Source of the DNA: Antedon mediterranea
Taxonomy: Eukaryota > Animalia > Echinodermata
Assembly (NCBI RefSeq): GCF_964355755.1
Contig: NC_092679.1
Location: 9,777,332-9,841,331, forward strand
Reading direction: 5' to 3'
Length of the DNA stretch: 64,000 nt
Translations under genes and position numbers: made by a program
Shown here: piece after piece, positions 13,516 through 26,220 of the stretch
How the letters are laid out: each line of letters starts with the position of its first letter
Numbering within the stretch: position 1 is the stretch's first letter
Notes under the pieces: model-generated
Told to the model about the DNA's origin: nothing
Databases searched by the model: none
The model's input: only the letters and a program-made list of their open reading frames with translations

Positions 13516-14090
13516 AGGTTTAGCCCGGGCTCGAACCAGGTACCTTCTGCGTATTGAGCAAACGTGATAACCACTACGCCAAGAAGCCGCATATAACTAC
13601 ATAACGCTGTGGTGTGTGTCACACATTGTGGCTTCTTAATTAAACAAATTAATTAACAAAAAAAGCACGAAAGACGAAAGACGCTGTATACAGACGTATA
13701 CAGTTATTTCACAATAAAGTAAAAGAAACCCGAGGTTTCGCCAGGGCTCGAACCGGGACCTTCTGCGTGTTAAGCAGACTTGACAACCACTACACTACGA
13801 AAACCACTTACACTAAAAATGTGGGTTACAGAAAGTTTTTTAATCCATTTAAATTACAAATAAATATGGTAATAAGCACAAAGAAAAATAAACATGTGTA
13901 AAAGTGATAATTACCGATTACACAAAATAAGTATTTAAAAAAATAATAAAAATAATATATACTGTGTATAATTATCATATTGCGTATAGAGTACTTTTCA
14001 CCATAACGTTTAAAAAAAAGTTTCGTCCGGGCTCGAACCAGGTACCTTCTGCGTGTTAAGCAAACGTGATAACCACTACGCCAAGAATCC
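13516..14090 (-). pseudogene. Three tRNA-Val-derived pseudogenes of HOR copy 3 (13516-13588, 13733-13805, 14018-14090)
   Basis: Same as copy 1, offset +7146. Confidence 0.75.
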
Positions 14091-17000
14091 GCATATAACC
14101 ATATAACTATATAACGCTGTGGTGTGTGTCACACATTGTGGATTCTTAATTAAACAAATTAATTAACAAAAAATTAAAAATCCGGCTCTATAGCTTTGAG
14201 GACATGTCCCTCAAAATATCTCACTTTCAAAAACAATATTTATTTTCAATTAAAAAAAAAAGAAAAAATATACCCGTATAGGTTCGAACCCACTACTGAG
14301 AGCACTCAAACCTGAGCATTATCCGTTACGCCACAAACCAGTAGATGACTGAGGAGCTGATAATAGTCTATTTATATGAAATGAATGATCAATCAATGAA
14401 AAATAATGTCATGCAAGTTTGTTTCTGATTAAAAAAAAGGTCCACTTGGTTAGGCTTGACATTTAAAACCATAAAAATATCTCACTTTCAAAAACAATAT
14501 TTATTTTCAAACAAAAAAAAAAGAAAAAAATATTCCTAGAGGTTCGAACCCACTACTGAGAGAACTCAAACCTGAGCATTACCGGTTACGGCGCAAGCCA
14601 GTAGATGAGGGAAGAGCTGATAATAGTCTATTTATATGAAATGAATGATCCATCAATGTAAAATGATGTTATGCAACTTTGTTTCTGATTTTGAAAAAGG
14701 TCCACTTGGTTAGGCTTGAAATTTAAAACCATAAAAATATCTCACTTTCAAAAACAATATTTATTTTCAAATAAAAAAATATGAAAAAAAGTATCCCTAG
14801 AAGTTCGAACCCACTATTAAAATCACTCAAACCTGAGCATTACCCGTTACGCCGCAAACCAGTATATGACTGAAGAGCTGATAATAGTCTATTTATATGA
14901 AATGAATGATCCATCAATGTAAAATGATGTTATGCAACTTTGTTTCTGATTTAAAAAACGGTCCACTTGGTTAGGCTTGACATTTAAAACCATAAAAATA
15001 TCTCACTTTCAAAAACAATAATTATTTAAAAAAAAAAAAAAAAAGAAAAAAATATTCCTAGAGGTTCGAACCCACTACTGAGAGAACTCAAACCTGAGCA
15101 TTACCGGTTACGGCGCAAGCCAGTAGATGAGTGAAGAGCTGATAATAGTCTATTTATATGAAATGAATGATCCATCAATGTAAAATGATGTTATGCAACT
15201 TTGTTTCTGATTTTAAAAAAGGTCCACTCGGTTAGGCTTGACATTTAAAACCATAAAAATATCTCACTTTCAAAAACAATATTTATTTTCAAATAAAAAA
15301 ATATGAAAAAAAAGAACCCTAGAAGTTCGAACCCACTATTAAAATCACTCAAACCTGAGCATTACCCGTTACGCCACAAACCAGTAGATAAGTGAAGAGC
15401 TGATAATAGTCTATTTATATGAAATTAATGAACAATCAATGAAAAATAATGCCATGCAACTTTGTTTCTGATTTTAAAAAAAGGTTCATTTGTTTAGGCC
15501 TGACATTTACAACCCTCAAAATATCTCACTTTAAAAAAAAATATTTATTTTCAATTAAAAAAAAAATAAAAGAAAATCCCTAGAGGTTCGAACCCACTAC
15601 TGCAAGCACTCAAACTTGAGCATTACCCGTTACACCTCAAACCAGTAGATAACTGAAGAGCTGATAATAGTCTATTTATATGAAATGAATAATAAATCAA
15701 TGAAAAATAATGCCATGCAACTTTTTTTCTGATTTTAAAAAAGGTTCATTTGTTTAGGCCTGACATTTACAATCCTCAAAATATCTCACTTTAAAAAACA
15801 ATATTTATTTTCAATTAAAAAAAAAAGAAAAAATATACCCGTATAGGTTCGAACCCACTACTGAGAGCACTCAAACCTGAACATTATCCGTTACGCCACA
15901 AACCAGTAGATGACTGAGTAGCTGATAATAGTCTATTTATATGAAATGAATGATCAATCAATGAAAAATAATGCCATGCAACTTTGTTTCTGATTTAAAA
16001 AAAGGTCCACTTGGTTAGGCTTGACATTTAAAACCATAAAAATATCTCACTTTCAAAAACAATATTTATTGTCAAATAAAAAAAAAAGACAAAAAATATT
16101 CGTAGAGGTTCGAACCCACTACTGCGAGAACTCAAACCTAAGCACTACCGGTTACGCCACAAACCAGTAGATGAGAGAAGAGCTAATAATAGTCTATTAT
16201 ATGAAATGAATGATCCATCAATGTAAAATGATGTTATGCAACTTTGTTTCTCATTTAAAAAAAGGTCCACTTGGTTAGGCTTGACATTTAAAACCATAAA
16301 AATATCTCACTTTCAAAAACAATATTTATTTTCAAACAAAAAAAAAAGAAAAAAATATTCCTAGAGGTTCGAACCCACTACTGAGAGAACTCAAACCTGA
16401 GCATTACCGGTTACGGCGCAAGCCAGTAGATGAGTGAAGAGCTGATAATAGTCTATTTATATGAAATGAATGATCCATCAATGTAAAATGATGTTATGCA
16501 ACTTTGTTTCTGATTTTAAAAAAGGTCCACTTGGTCAGGCTTGACATTGAAAACCATACAAATATCTCACTTTCAAAAACAATATTTATTTTCAAATAAA
16601 AAAATATGAAAAAAAGTATCCCTAGAAGTTCGAACCCACTATTAAAATCACTCAAACCTGAGCATTACCCATTACGCCGCAAACCAGTATATGACTGAAG
16701 AGCTGATAATAGTGTATTTATATGAAATGAATGATCCATCAATGTAAAATGATGTTATGCAACTTTGTTTCTGATTTAAAAAACGGTCCACTTGGTTAGG
16801 CTTGACATTTAAAACCATAAAAATATCTCACTTTCAAAAACAATATTTATTTTCACAAAAAAAAAAAAGAAAAAAATATTCCTAGAGGTTCGAACCCACT
16901 ACTGAGAGAACTCAAACCTGAGCATTACCGGTTACGGCGCAAGCCAGTAGATGAGTGAAGAGCTGATAATAGTCTATTTATATGAAATGAATGATCCATC

Positions 17001-20000
17001 AATGTAAAATGATGTTATGCAACTTTGTTTCTGATTTTAAAAAAGGTCCACTCGGTTAGGCTTGACATTTAAAACCATAAAAATATCTCACTTTCAAAAA
17101 CAATATTTATTTTCAAATAAAAAAATATGAAAAAAAAGAACCCTAGAAGTTCGAACCCACTATTAAAATCACTCAAACCTGACCATTACCCGTTACGCCA
17201 CAAACCAGTAGATAAGTGAAGAGCTGATAAAAGTCTATTTATATGAAATTAATGATCAATCAATGAAAAATATGCCATGCAACTTTGTTTCTGATTTTAA
17301 AAAAAGGTTCATTTGTTTAGGTCTGACATTTACAACCCTCAAAATATCTCACTTTAAAAAAAAATATTTATTTTCAATTAAAAAAAAAATAAAAGAAAAT
17401 TCCTAGAGGTTCGAACCCACTACTGCAAGCACTCAAACTTGAGCATTACCCGTTACACCTCAAACCAGTAGATAACTGAAGAGCTGATAATAGTCTATTT
17501 ATATGAAATGAATAATAAATCAATGAAAAATAATGCCATGCAACTTTTTTTCTGATTTTAAAAAAGGTTCATTTGTTTAGGCCTGACATTTACAATCCTC
17601 AAAATATCTCACTTTCAAAAACAATATTTATTTTCAATTAAAAAAAAAAGAAAAAATATACCCGTATAGGTTCGAACCCACTACTGAGAGCACTCAAACC
17701 TGAACATTATCCGTTACGCCACAAACCAGTAGATGACTGAGTAGCTGATAATAGTCTATTTATATGAAATGAATGATCAATCAATTTAAAATGATGTTAT
17801 GCAACTTTGTTTCTGATTTAAAAAAAGGTCCACTTGGTTAGGCTTGACATTTAAAACCATAAAAATATCTCACTTTCAAAAACAATATTTATTTTCAAAC
17901 AAAAAAAAAAGAAAAAAATATTCCTAGAGGTTTGAACCCACTACTGAGAGAACTCAAACCTGAGCATTACCGGTTACGGCGCAAGCCAGTAGATGAGTGA
18001 AGAGCTGATAATAGTCTATTTATATGAAATGAATGATCCATCAATGTAAAATGATGTTATGCAACTTTGTTTCTGATTTTAAAAAAGGTCCACTTGGTTA
18101 GGCTTGACATTTAAAACCATAAAAATATCTCACTTTCAAAAACAATATTTATTTTCAAATAAAAAAATATGAAAAAAAGTATCCCTAGAAGTTCGAACCC
18201 ACTATTAAAATCACTCAAACCTGAGCATTACCCGTTACGCCGCAAACCAGTATATGACTGAAGAGCTGATAATAGTCTATTTATATGAAATGGATGATCA
18301 ATCAATGAAAAATAATGCCATGCAACTTTGTTTCTGATTTCAAAAAAGGTTCACTTGTTTAGGCCTGACAGTTGCAACCCTCAAAATATCTCACTTTCAA
18401 AAACAATATTTATATTCAATTAAAAAAAAAAAGAAAAAAAATACCCGTATATGGTTCGAACCCACTACTGAGAGCACTCAAACCTGAGCATTACCCGTTA
18501 CGCCTCAAACCAGTAGATGACTGAATTAAATTGCTGATAATACTCTATTTATATGAAATGAATAATAAATCAATGAAAAATAATGCCATGCAACTTTTTT
18601 TTCTGATTTTAAAAAAAGGTTCACTTGTTTAGGCCTGACATTTACAACCCTCAAAATATCTCATTTCAAAAACAATATTTATTTTAAATTAAAAAAAAAT
18701 AAAAGAAACAAAATATCCGTAGAGGTTCGAACCCACTAGTGAGAGCACTCAAACTTGAGCATTACCCGTTACGCCACAAACCAGTAGATGACTGAAGAGC
18801 TGATAATACTCTATTTATATGAAATAAATAATAAATCAATGAAAAATAATGCCATGCAACTTTGTTTCTGATTTTAAAAAAGGTCCACTTGTTTAGGCCT
18901 GATATTTGCAACCCTCAAAATATCTCACTTTCAAAAACAATATTTATTTTCAATTTAAAAAAAAAAAATCTCTAGAGGTTCGAACCCACTACTGAGAGCA
19001 TTCAAACCTGAGCATTATCCGTTACGCCACAAACCAGTAGATGACTGAGGAGCTGATAATAGTCTATTTTGATGGAATGAATGATCAATCAATGAAAAAT
19101 AATGCCATGCAACTTTGTTTCTGATTTTAAAAAAGGTCCACTTGTTTAGGCCTGACATTTACAACACTCAAAATATCTCACTTTCAAAAACAATATTTAT
19201 TTTCAATTAAAAAAAAAGAAAGAAAAAAAATATTCGTGGAGGTTCGAACCCACTACTGCGAGAACTCAAACCTAAGCACTACCGGTTACGCCACAAACCA
19301 GTAGATGAGTGAAGAGCTGATAATAGTCTATTTATATGAAATGAATGATCCATCAATGTAAAATGATGTTATGCAACTTTGTTTCTGATTTAAAAAAAGG
19401 TCCACTTGGTTAGGCTTGACATTTAAAACCATAAAAATATCTCACTTTCAAAAACAATATTTATTTTCAAACAAAAAAAAAGAAAAAAATATTCCTAGAG
19501 GTTCGAACCCACTACTGAGAGAACTCAAACCTGAGCATTACCGGTTACGGCGCAAGCCAGTAGATGAGTGAAGAGCTGATAATAGTCTATTTATATGAAA
19601 TGAATGATCCATCAATGTAAAATGATGTTATGCAACTTTGTTTCTGATTTTAAAAAAGGTCCACTCGGTTAGGCTTGACATTTAAAACCATAAAAATATC
19701 TCACTTTCAAAAACAATATTTATTTTCAAATAAAAAAATATGAAAAAAAAAACCCTAGAAGTTCGAACCCACTATTAAAATCACTCAAACCTGAGCATTA
19801 CCCGTTACGCCACAAACCAGTAGATGACCGAAAAGCTGATAATACTCTATTTATATGAAATAAATAATAAATCAATGAAAAATAATGCCATGCAACTTTG
19901 TTTCTGATTTTAAAAAAAGGTTCATTTGTTTAGGCCTGACATTTACAACCCTCAAAATATCTCACTTTCAAAAACAATATTTATTTTCAGTTAAAAAAAA

Positions 20001-21586
20001 AAGAAAAAAAAATACCCGTATAGGTTCGAACCCACTACTGAGAGCACACAAACCTGAGTTTTACCCGTTACGCCACAAACCAGTAGATGACTGAGGAGCT
20101 GATAATAATCTATATATATATATGAAATGAATGATCAATCAATTAAAAATAATGCCATGAAACTTTGTTTCTGATTTTAAAAAAGGTCCACTTGTTTAGA
20201 CCTGACATTTACAACCCTCAAAATATCTCACTTTCAAAAACCATATTTATTTTCAATTTAAAAAAAAAAGAAAAAAAATATACCTAGAGGTTCGCCCCAC
20301 TACGCAGAGCACTCAAACCTGAGCATTACCCGTTACGCCACAAACCAGTAGATGACTGAAGAGCTCATAATAGTCTATTTATATGAAATGAATGATCAAT
20401 CAATGAAAAATAATGCCATGCAACTTTGTTTCTGATTTTTAAAAAGATCCATTTGTTTAGGCCTGACATTCACAACCCTCAAAATATCTCATTTTCAAAA
20501 AAAATATTTATTTACAATAAGAAAAAAAAAGCAATATCCCTAGAGGTTGGAACCCGCTACTGAGAGCACTCAAACCTGGGTATTACCCGTTACGCCACAA
20601 ACCAGTAGATAACTGAAAAGTTGATAATAGTCTATTTATATGAAATTAATGATCAATCAATGAAAAATAATGCCATGCAATTTTTTTTCTGATTTTTAAA
20701 AAGGTACATTTGTTTAGGCCTGACATTTACAACCCTCAAAATATCTCACTTTCAAAAAAAATATTTATTTTCAATTAAAAAAAAAAAGAAAAGAAATATC
20801 CCTAGAGGTTCGAAGCCACTACTGCAAGCACTCAAACTTGAGCATTACCCGTTACGCCTCAAACCAGTAGATTACTGAAGAGCTGATAATACTCTATTTA
20901 TATGAAATGAATAATAAATCAATGAAAAATAATGCCATGCAACTTTGTTTCTGATTTTAAAAAAGGTTCACTTGTTTAGGCCTGACATTTACAACCCTCA
21001 AAATATCTCACTTTCAAAAACAATATTTATTTTCAATTAAAAAAAAAAAGAAACAAAATATCCGTAGAGGTTTGATCCCACTAGTGAGAGCACTCAAACT
21101 TGAGCATTATCCGTTACGCCACAAACCAGTAGATGACTAAGAGCTGATAATAGTCTCTTTATATGAAATGAATGATCAATCAATGAAAAACAATGCTATG
21201 CAACTTTATTTCTGATTTTAAAAAAAGGTCCACTTGGTTAGGCATGACATTTACAACCATAAAATATATCTTTAAAAAACAATATTTATTTTCAATAAAA
21301 AAAAAGAAAACAATTTCCCGTAGAGGTTTGAACCCACTAGTGAGAGCACTCAAACCTGAGCATTACTCGTTACGCCACAAACCAGTAGATGACTGAAGAG
21401 CTGATAATAATCTATTTATATGAAATGAATGATCAATCATTGAAAAATAATGCCATGCAACTTTGTTTCTGATTTTAAAAAAGGTTCACTTGTTGAGGCC
21501 TGACATTTACAACCCTTATTTATAAGTGTATTACGTAATTCATCATTACGTCATAAATATCATATTAACCTTGTTAAAACCAAAAT

Positions 21587-21835
21587 GGTCAGTTAGCTCA
21601 GACGACTGAGCGTCATGTTGACAACACGTATGTCGTGGGTTCGATTCCCACGCTGGTCGGTGGAATAGAGTTAAAGGTATGCGACCAACTCTGTTTGGGG
21701 TTCACAGAATTTACGTCCCCCTTTCCACCACACATCTTGAGAAGGCACTAGCAATGCATCTGGTGATGATGTGGTGGAAACGACCCCAAGGCTGTGGCAG
21801 GGCCTTAGTGCTGAGGCAGGGAGAGCACATTTTTA
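21587..21835 (+). mobile_element. Probable tRNA-derived SINE (head resembles tRNA-Ile)
   Basis: Head 21587-21659, GGTCAGTTAGCTCAG...GTGGGTTCGATTCCCACGCTGGTCG, has A and B boxes and a perfect T stem but a broken anticodon arm. It is followed by a ~170-nt GC-richer body ending in a T run. Confidence 0.7.
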
Positions 21836-22161
21836 AAATTTTTTTTGGCTTTCGCTGCATGTATTTGATCTCGTATATTTTATGTTTAGCGCCCTCAATT
21901 TAATGTAAAAAGAAATTAATTTATCTTCGTTACGTACCTAATCATTTTTTCAGGGGACAATATATCTTTAAGATAATAACAATTATTGCAGAAATAATAA
22001 TTATTTGAAAAAAAAAATTTAAAGAACTGACTACAAAAGATTGCTCACGTTAGTTTTATTATAACAGTCATCCACCCTGCGAAACCTAATTACCTTTAAC
22101 CTACAGTAGTAAGTAGGCCAGGTAGCCTACGTTGGCTAGGTTGAGGACTGATTGCCCATAA

Positions 22162-22398
22162 AACATTCGATGTATAAATATCAACACCCCAGACAGTGTA
22201 ATAATGACCTTTCTAGACCGAAAACCATTCTGGTTTGACTGAGGGTCTGGGCTTCTCCAAGATTACGCAAGTTGTCTAGGACCTCTTCAGGTAAAGCTTC
22301 AATAATGGGGCTATTCGATTCGATTCGAACATTCGATGTATAAATATCAACACCCCAGACAGTGTAATAATGACCTTTCCAGACCGAAAACCATTCTG
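22162..22398. repeat. 71-bp direct repeat pair (22162-22232, 22328-22398)
   Basis: AACATTCGATGTATAAATATCAACACCCCAGAC...GAAAACCATTCTG occurs twice with one mismatch. Confidence 0.9.
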
Positions 22399-23607
22399 CC
22401 CGAAATTACGATACTCTCTCGATAAAATTCCATATTTTATTAGTGGAAAATGCATTTATTTAACATCAATCTTATCTAGCCACCCAAAAACTGAATACGT
22501 ACATTAAAAGTACAAAGAACAATGTAAACCTATAAACAATTATTTGCAATTAGCAATGTATAATAAATAAAATCAACGATGGAGAAGGTGGAAAGGTTAT
22601 ATACACTGCCATGGGAATGGATACTTGAGAGGCGCCATATGTCAGTTGTGTGAACACCCATATAACTATTTGGTCAAAGTTGAATTATATCATTCGAGGG
22701 TTTAAATATATAATAATATGCAACCGAGAGTAAAATTAATAGTTAAACGTAAATTTGAAATTAAATTTAACTTTTTAACGACAATTTGCAATAGCATAAT
22801 CTATGGCGTACCAAACTGTCATTTATTTAGGCAACTAAAATATCTTAGTTTTTAATAGATGTAGTTAGTTTACAATATAGATCTTAGGTTCCAATAGAGA
22901 TATATCCCTGTTTATAACCAAGATATCTTTTCAATAAAGAGATCTCTATTATTCCAATTAGAGACAATTAATATAATATGTCTTAAGAGATATATCATAG
23001 TTTTGTTCCCTTGAGTTAGGCCTATTAGTAATTTAGTATTCCTATCAAATAAACTTGGTAGCCTATATAGACGAAGAAATTCCCATAAGAATATATAGGC
23101 CTATACTAACTATTATATTATAATAAATGTATTAACTAAAATCATTTCATTACTACTCAACTTATCAGATGTTATCGTAAATAGTGTTGTCATTTTTTTA
23201 ATCAATATTATCGGTATCGATATAAATCTTCAACCATCTTTAATATTTATTACCAAAATTGGTAGGCATATAGGGCTACGTGTTCCGTTTTTCTGAATCG
23301 GAAATAATTTTAAGTGTACAATAATATTGTTATACGTCAGTATAAACTGTACTTATACTCGACTCAAAGTATTCAAGTTCCATATTAGACTGTTGCTTAA
23401 TTAGTTTGCTTTTACTCACGGTAGATTAATTAGATTCCTTTACCTATTAACAATTTGTTGGCACCGGTTTAGAGGAGGTTGTAAAATGATATTCGCGCGC
23501 TGTTTGATCGTAGGCCTATAACTGTCAATCTTCGAGTTTCCAATAACAACCCCGCCTTCTAATTTAAATGTTAAAACGTTTTGTCCCACGCTTGAGTAGG
23601 CTCGGCT

Positions 23608-24117
23608 AACAAAATTCATTTTGTTGCAACAAAACGAATTTTGTCTACACAGAATGAATTTTGTCTACACAGAATGAATTTTGTCTACACAGAATAAATT
23701 TTGTCTACACAGAATACATTTTGTCGCCACAAAATGAATTTTGTCCACGCAGAATTAATTTTGTCTACACAGAATTAATTTTGTCAACACAAAATGAATT
23801 TTGTCGTTACAGAATGAATTTTGTCGCCACAAAATGAATTTTGTCGTTACAGAATGAATTTTGTCTACACAGAATTAATTTTGTCAACACAGAATTAATT
23901 TTGTCTACACAGAATGAATTTTGTTTACACAGAATTAATTTAGTCGAGACAAAATGAATTTTTTCAAGACAAAATTAATTTTGTCCACACAGAATAAATT
24001 TTGTCAACACAAAATGAATTTTGTCAATACAAAATGAATTTTGTGTTGACAAAATGAATTTTGTATTGACAAAATGAATTTTGTGTAGACAAAATTGTAA
24101 TATTTCGACAAAATTCG
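23608..24117. repeat. 20-bp minisatellite (AATTTTGTCTACACAGAATG, ~25 units)
   Basis: 20-bp period visible directly; the last units (24040-24096) are in inverted orientation. Confidence 0.92.
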
Positions 24118-24141
24118 CAATGTCCCATACGGCGCCCCGTA

Positions 24142-24325
24142 CTAAATCACTTGGATCTAGCAATGGGTTCTTTCCTTTTATATGAGTTCCTTGTTTATCA
24201 CTATGAGTTCAACACCAAATAAAAGTCCAAATATTTTCAAATAATAACAACAATTAAGAGATATCTTTCAAGTAGCGTACTGGTTGCGCTTCATTGTTCC
24301 TAGATTGCATTAACCAGATTTCTTC
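24142..24325. repeat. ~190-bp unique segment abutting the CT-rich satellite, copy 1
   Basis: Homologous to 31192-31393 (17-bp indel and several substitutions); the junction TTC|GATCTAT is the same in both. Confidence 0.9.
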
Positions 24326-24991
24326 GATCTATCTCTCTCTCGCTGATCTATCTCTATCTCTCTCTCGCTGATCTATCTCTCTCTCGCTGACCTATCTCTC
24401 TCTCGCTGATCTATCTCTTTCTCGCTGATCTATCTCTCTCTTGCTGATCTATCTCTCTCCCTCTCTCGCTGAACTATCTCTCTCTCGCTGAATTATCTCT
24501 CTCTCGCTGATCTATCTCTCTTTCTCTCGCTGATCTATCTCTCTCTCTCGCTGATCTATCTCTCTCTCGCTGATCTATCTCTCTCTCGCTAATCTATCTC
24601 TCTCTCACTGATCTATTTCTCTCTCGCTGATCTATCTCTCTCTCGCTGATCTATCTCTCTCTCGCTCATCTATCTCTCTCGCTGACCTATCTCTCTCTCG
24701 CTGATCTATCTCTCTCTCGCTGATCTATCTCTCTCTCGCTGATCTATCTCTCTCTCGCTGATCTATCTCTCTCTCGCTGATCTATCTCTCTCTCGCTGAT
24801 CTATCTCTCTCTCGCTGATCTATCTCTCTCGCTGATCTATCTCTCTCTCTCTCTCTCGCCGATCTCTCTCTCTCTCTCTCTCTCCCCCGCTGATCTATCT
24901 CTCTCGCTGATCTCTCTCTCTCTCTCGCTGATCTATCTCTCTCTCGCTGATCTATCTCTCTCGCTGATCTATCTCTCTCTCGCTGATCTAT
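24326..24991. repeat. ~20-bp satellite GCTGATCTA(TC)n, array 1
   Basis: Tandem monomers with variable TC tract length. Confidence 0.97.
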
Positions 24992-25146
24992 AATAATAAT
25001 AATAATAACAGGGTTTTTATAGCGCACATACCACTCAAGAGTGCTCAAGGCGCATTCAAAAAAAAAAATTAAAACAAATCATACAAATGCCTGACAAATA
25101 AAATGCAATTTCTTTGGAGGGTCCCCATCCGTTCTCGTTCTGTCGC

Positions 25147-26092
25147 GGTCCCGGACGCGATTTTTTTTTCGTACATAAGTTGGGGACCCCCTCATGAAAC
25201 GTCACAAAATAAACATGAATAATTCATCAGTTAAATTTTCTTGTTCCGTGTGCACCCAAGCGTATAGCAACAAGAAGTGATTACACAAGTGCGGTACGAT
25301 TCTAGGCCTCCTATCTCCGCTGTTGTTGCGGCGTGCGATTTCATAGAAGAATAGCCGCGTTTTGTGTGGATTGTCGAAATAATTAGCCTTTAGTTTATGG
25401 TGCTTTTAATATAATTTATTACTAACGAATTACGTGTTAAAATTATAGTTTCTATTAATACTATTAGGCCTAATTATTAGTCTCTAAACCCATGTCTATT
25501 TTAGTAGTAGCTGTGTGGGTGTGTTTGACGTGTGTGTGTTAGGTATGACCAAAGATAGTTACACTATCTTTGGTATGACACAATCCGAGTAATAAGTCCG
25601 CAAAATTAAAAAATAAACATTACACAAAAATACATTTTTTATTCTCGTGGGTCAAATCTTCCCATCTCATGTGTACGCGCATTTTTAAAGTTCCTTTGAG
25701 TACATGCATATTGTTTGATAATAAAATAGCAGAATTAAAAAAATACAGTACACAAATTATACACATTTTTTATTCTTGTGGGTCTAAGCTTTCTTTGGGC
25801 AATGTCCAATGAATTACTACTTAGTTTAATGTCTTGCCTAGCTGTCGATTAGCCTCGACTCGACACATTTTGTGTGAAGAAGAGTGCGCGAAGGCAATCA
25901 CGTGAATTGACTTACAATCCTAGGCCTACTGTAGAAAGTATCGTATCGCAGTTGTGTAATCACTTCTTGTTGCTATACGCTTGGGTGCACACGGAACAAC
26001 AAATTTAACTGATGAATTATTCATGTTTATTTTGTGACGTTTCATGAGGGGTCTCCAACTTATGTACGAAAAAAAAAATCGCGTCCCGGACC
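25147..26092. mobile_element. MITE / non-autonomous DNA transposon with ~155-bp terminal inverted repeats, inside the LINE 3' UTR
   Basis: 25147-~25300 is the reverse complement of ~25940-26092 (e.g. CGTACATAAGTTGG/CCAACTTATGTACG, GTGTGCACCCAAGCGTATAGC/GCTATACGCTTGGGTGCACAC). No ORF; TSD unclear. Confidence 0.88.
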
Positions 26093-26220
26093 CCTACCTA
26101 GATGACCAAACCAAGGAACAGGATACACATTTGCCTTGCCACAGACGACCGGGTGCTCAGAGAACAACCAAGATAAGATAATGCTGGTCAGGAAAAAGTA
26201 TACTATAAAATTCTAGAACT

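Larger units (their letters stand above)
4537..15255. repeat. Higher-order repeat: three apparently identical 3573-bp units
   Basis: Identical ORF-track entries at 4948/8521/12094 and 5165/8738/12311; tRNA ends at 6089/9662/13235. All offsets are exactly 3573. Confidence 0.95.
3747..21516 (-). repeat. Tandem satellite of ~257-bp monomers (roughly 55-57 copies), each with a degenerate tRNA-like Pol III cassette on the minus strand
   Basis: Recurring GGTTCGAACCCACTACTGAGAGCACTCAAACCTGAGCATTACCCGTTACGCCACAAACCAG. The minus strand reads TATAAATA...TGGCGTAACGG (A box)...GGTTCGAACC (B box)...poly-T. Confidence 0.95.

Noticed and set aside
3963-21396. Short ORFs (MFLILKKV..., MKLMINQ..., MPCNFV...) in the 257-bp satellite
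   Set aside because: Frames are broken by variable A-runs between monomers; chance ORFs in a repeat.
3747-21516. CRISPR-like repeat/spacer array
   Set aside because: Whole monomers are homologous, there are no unique spacers or cas genes, and the context is eukaryotic.
21760-21785. Hammerhead ribozyme core (CTGGTGA...GAAAC)
   Set aside because: CUGANGA is not matched and no stem II forms.
22830-23000. Degenerate AGATATCT-like motifs
   Set aside because: Too decayed to define a period or element boundaries.
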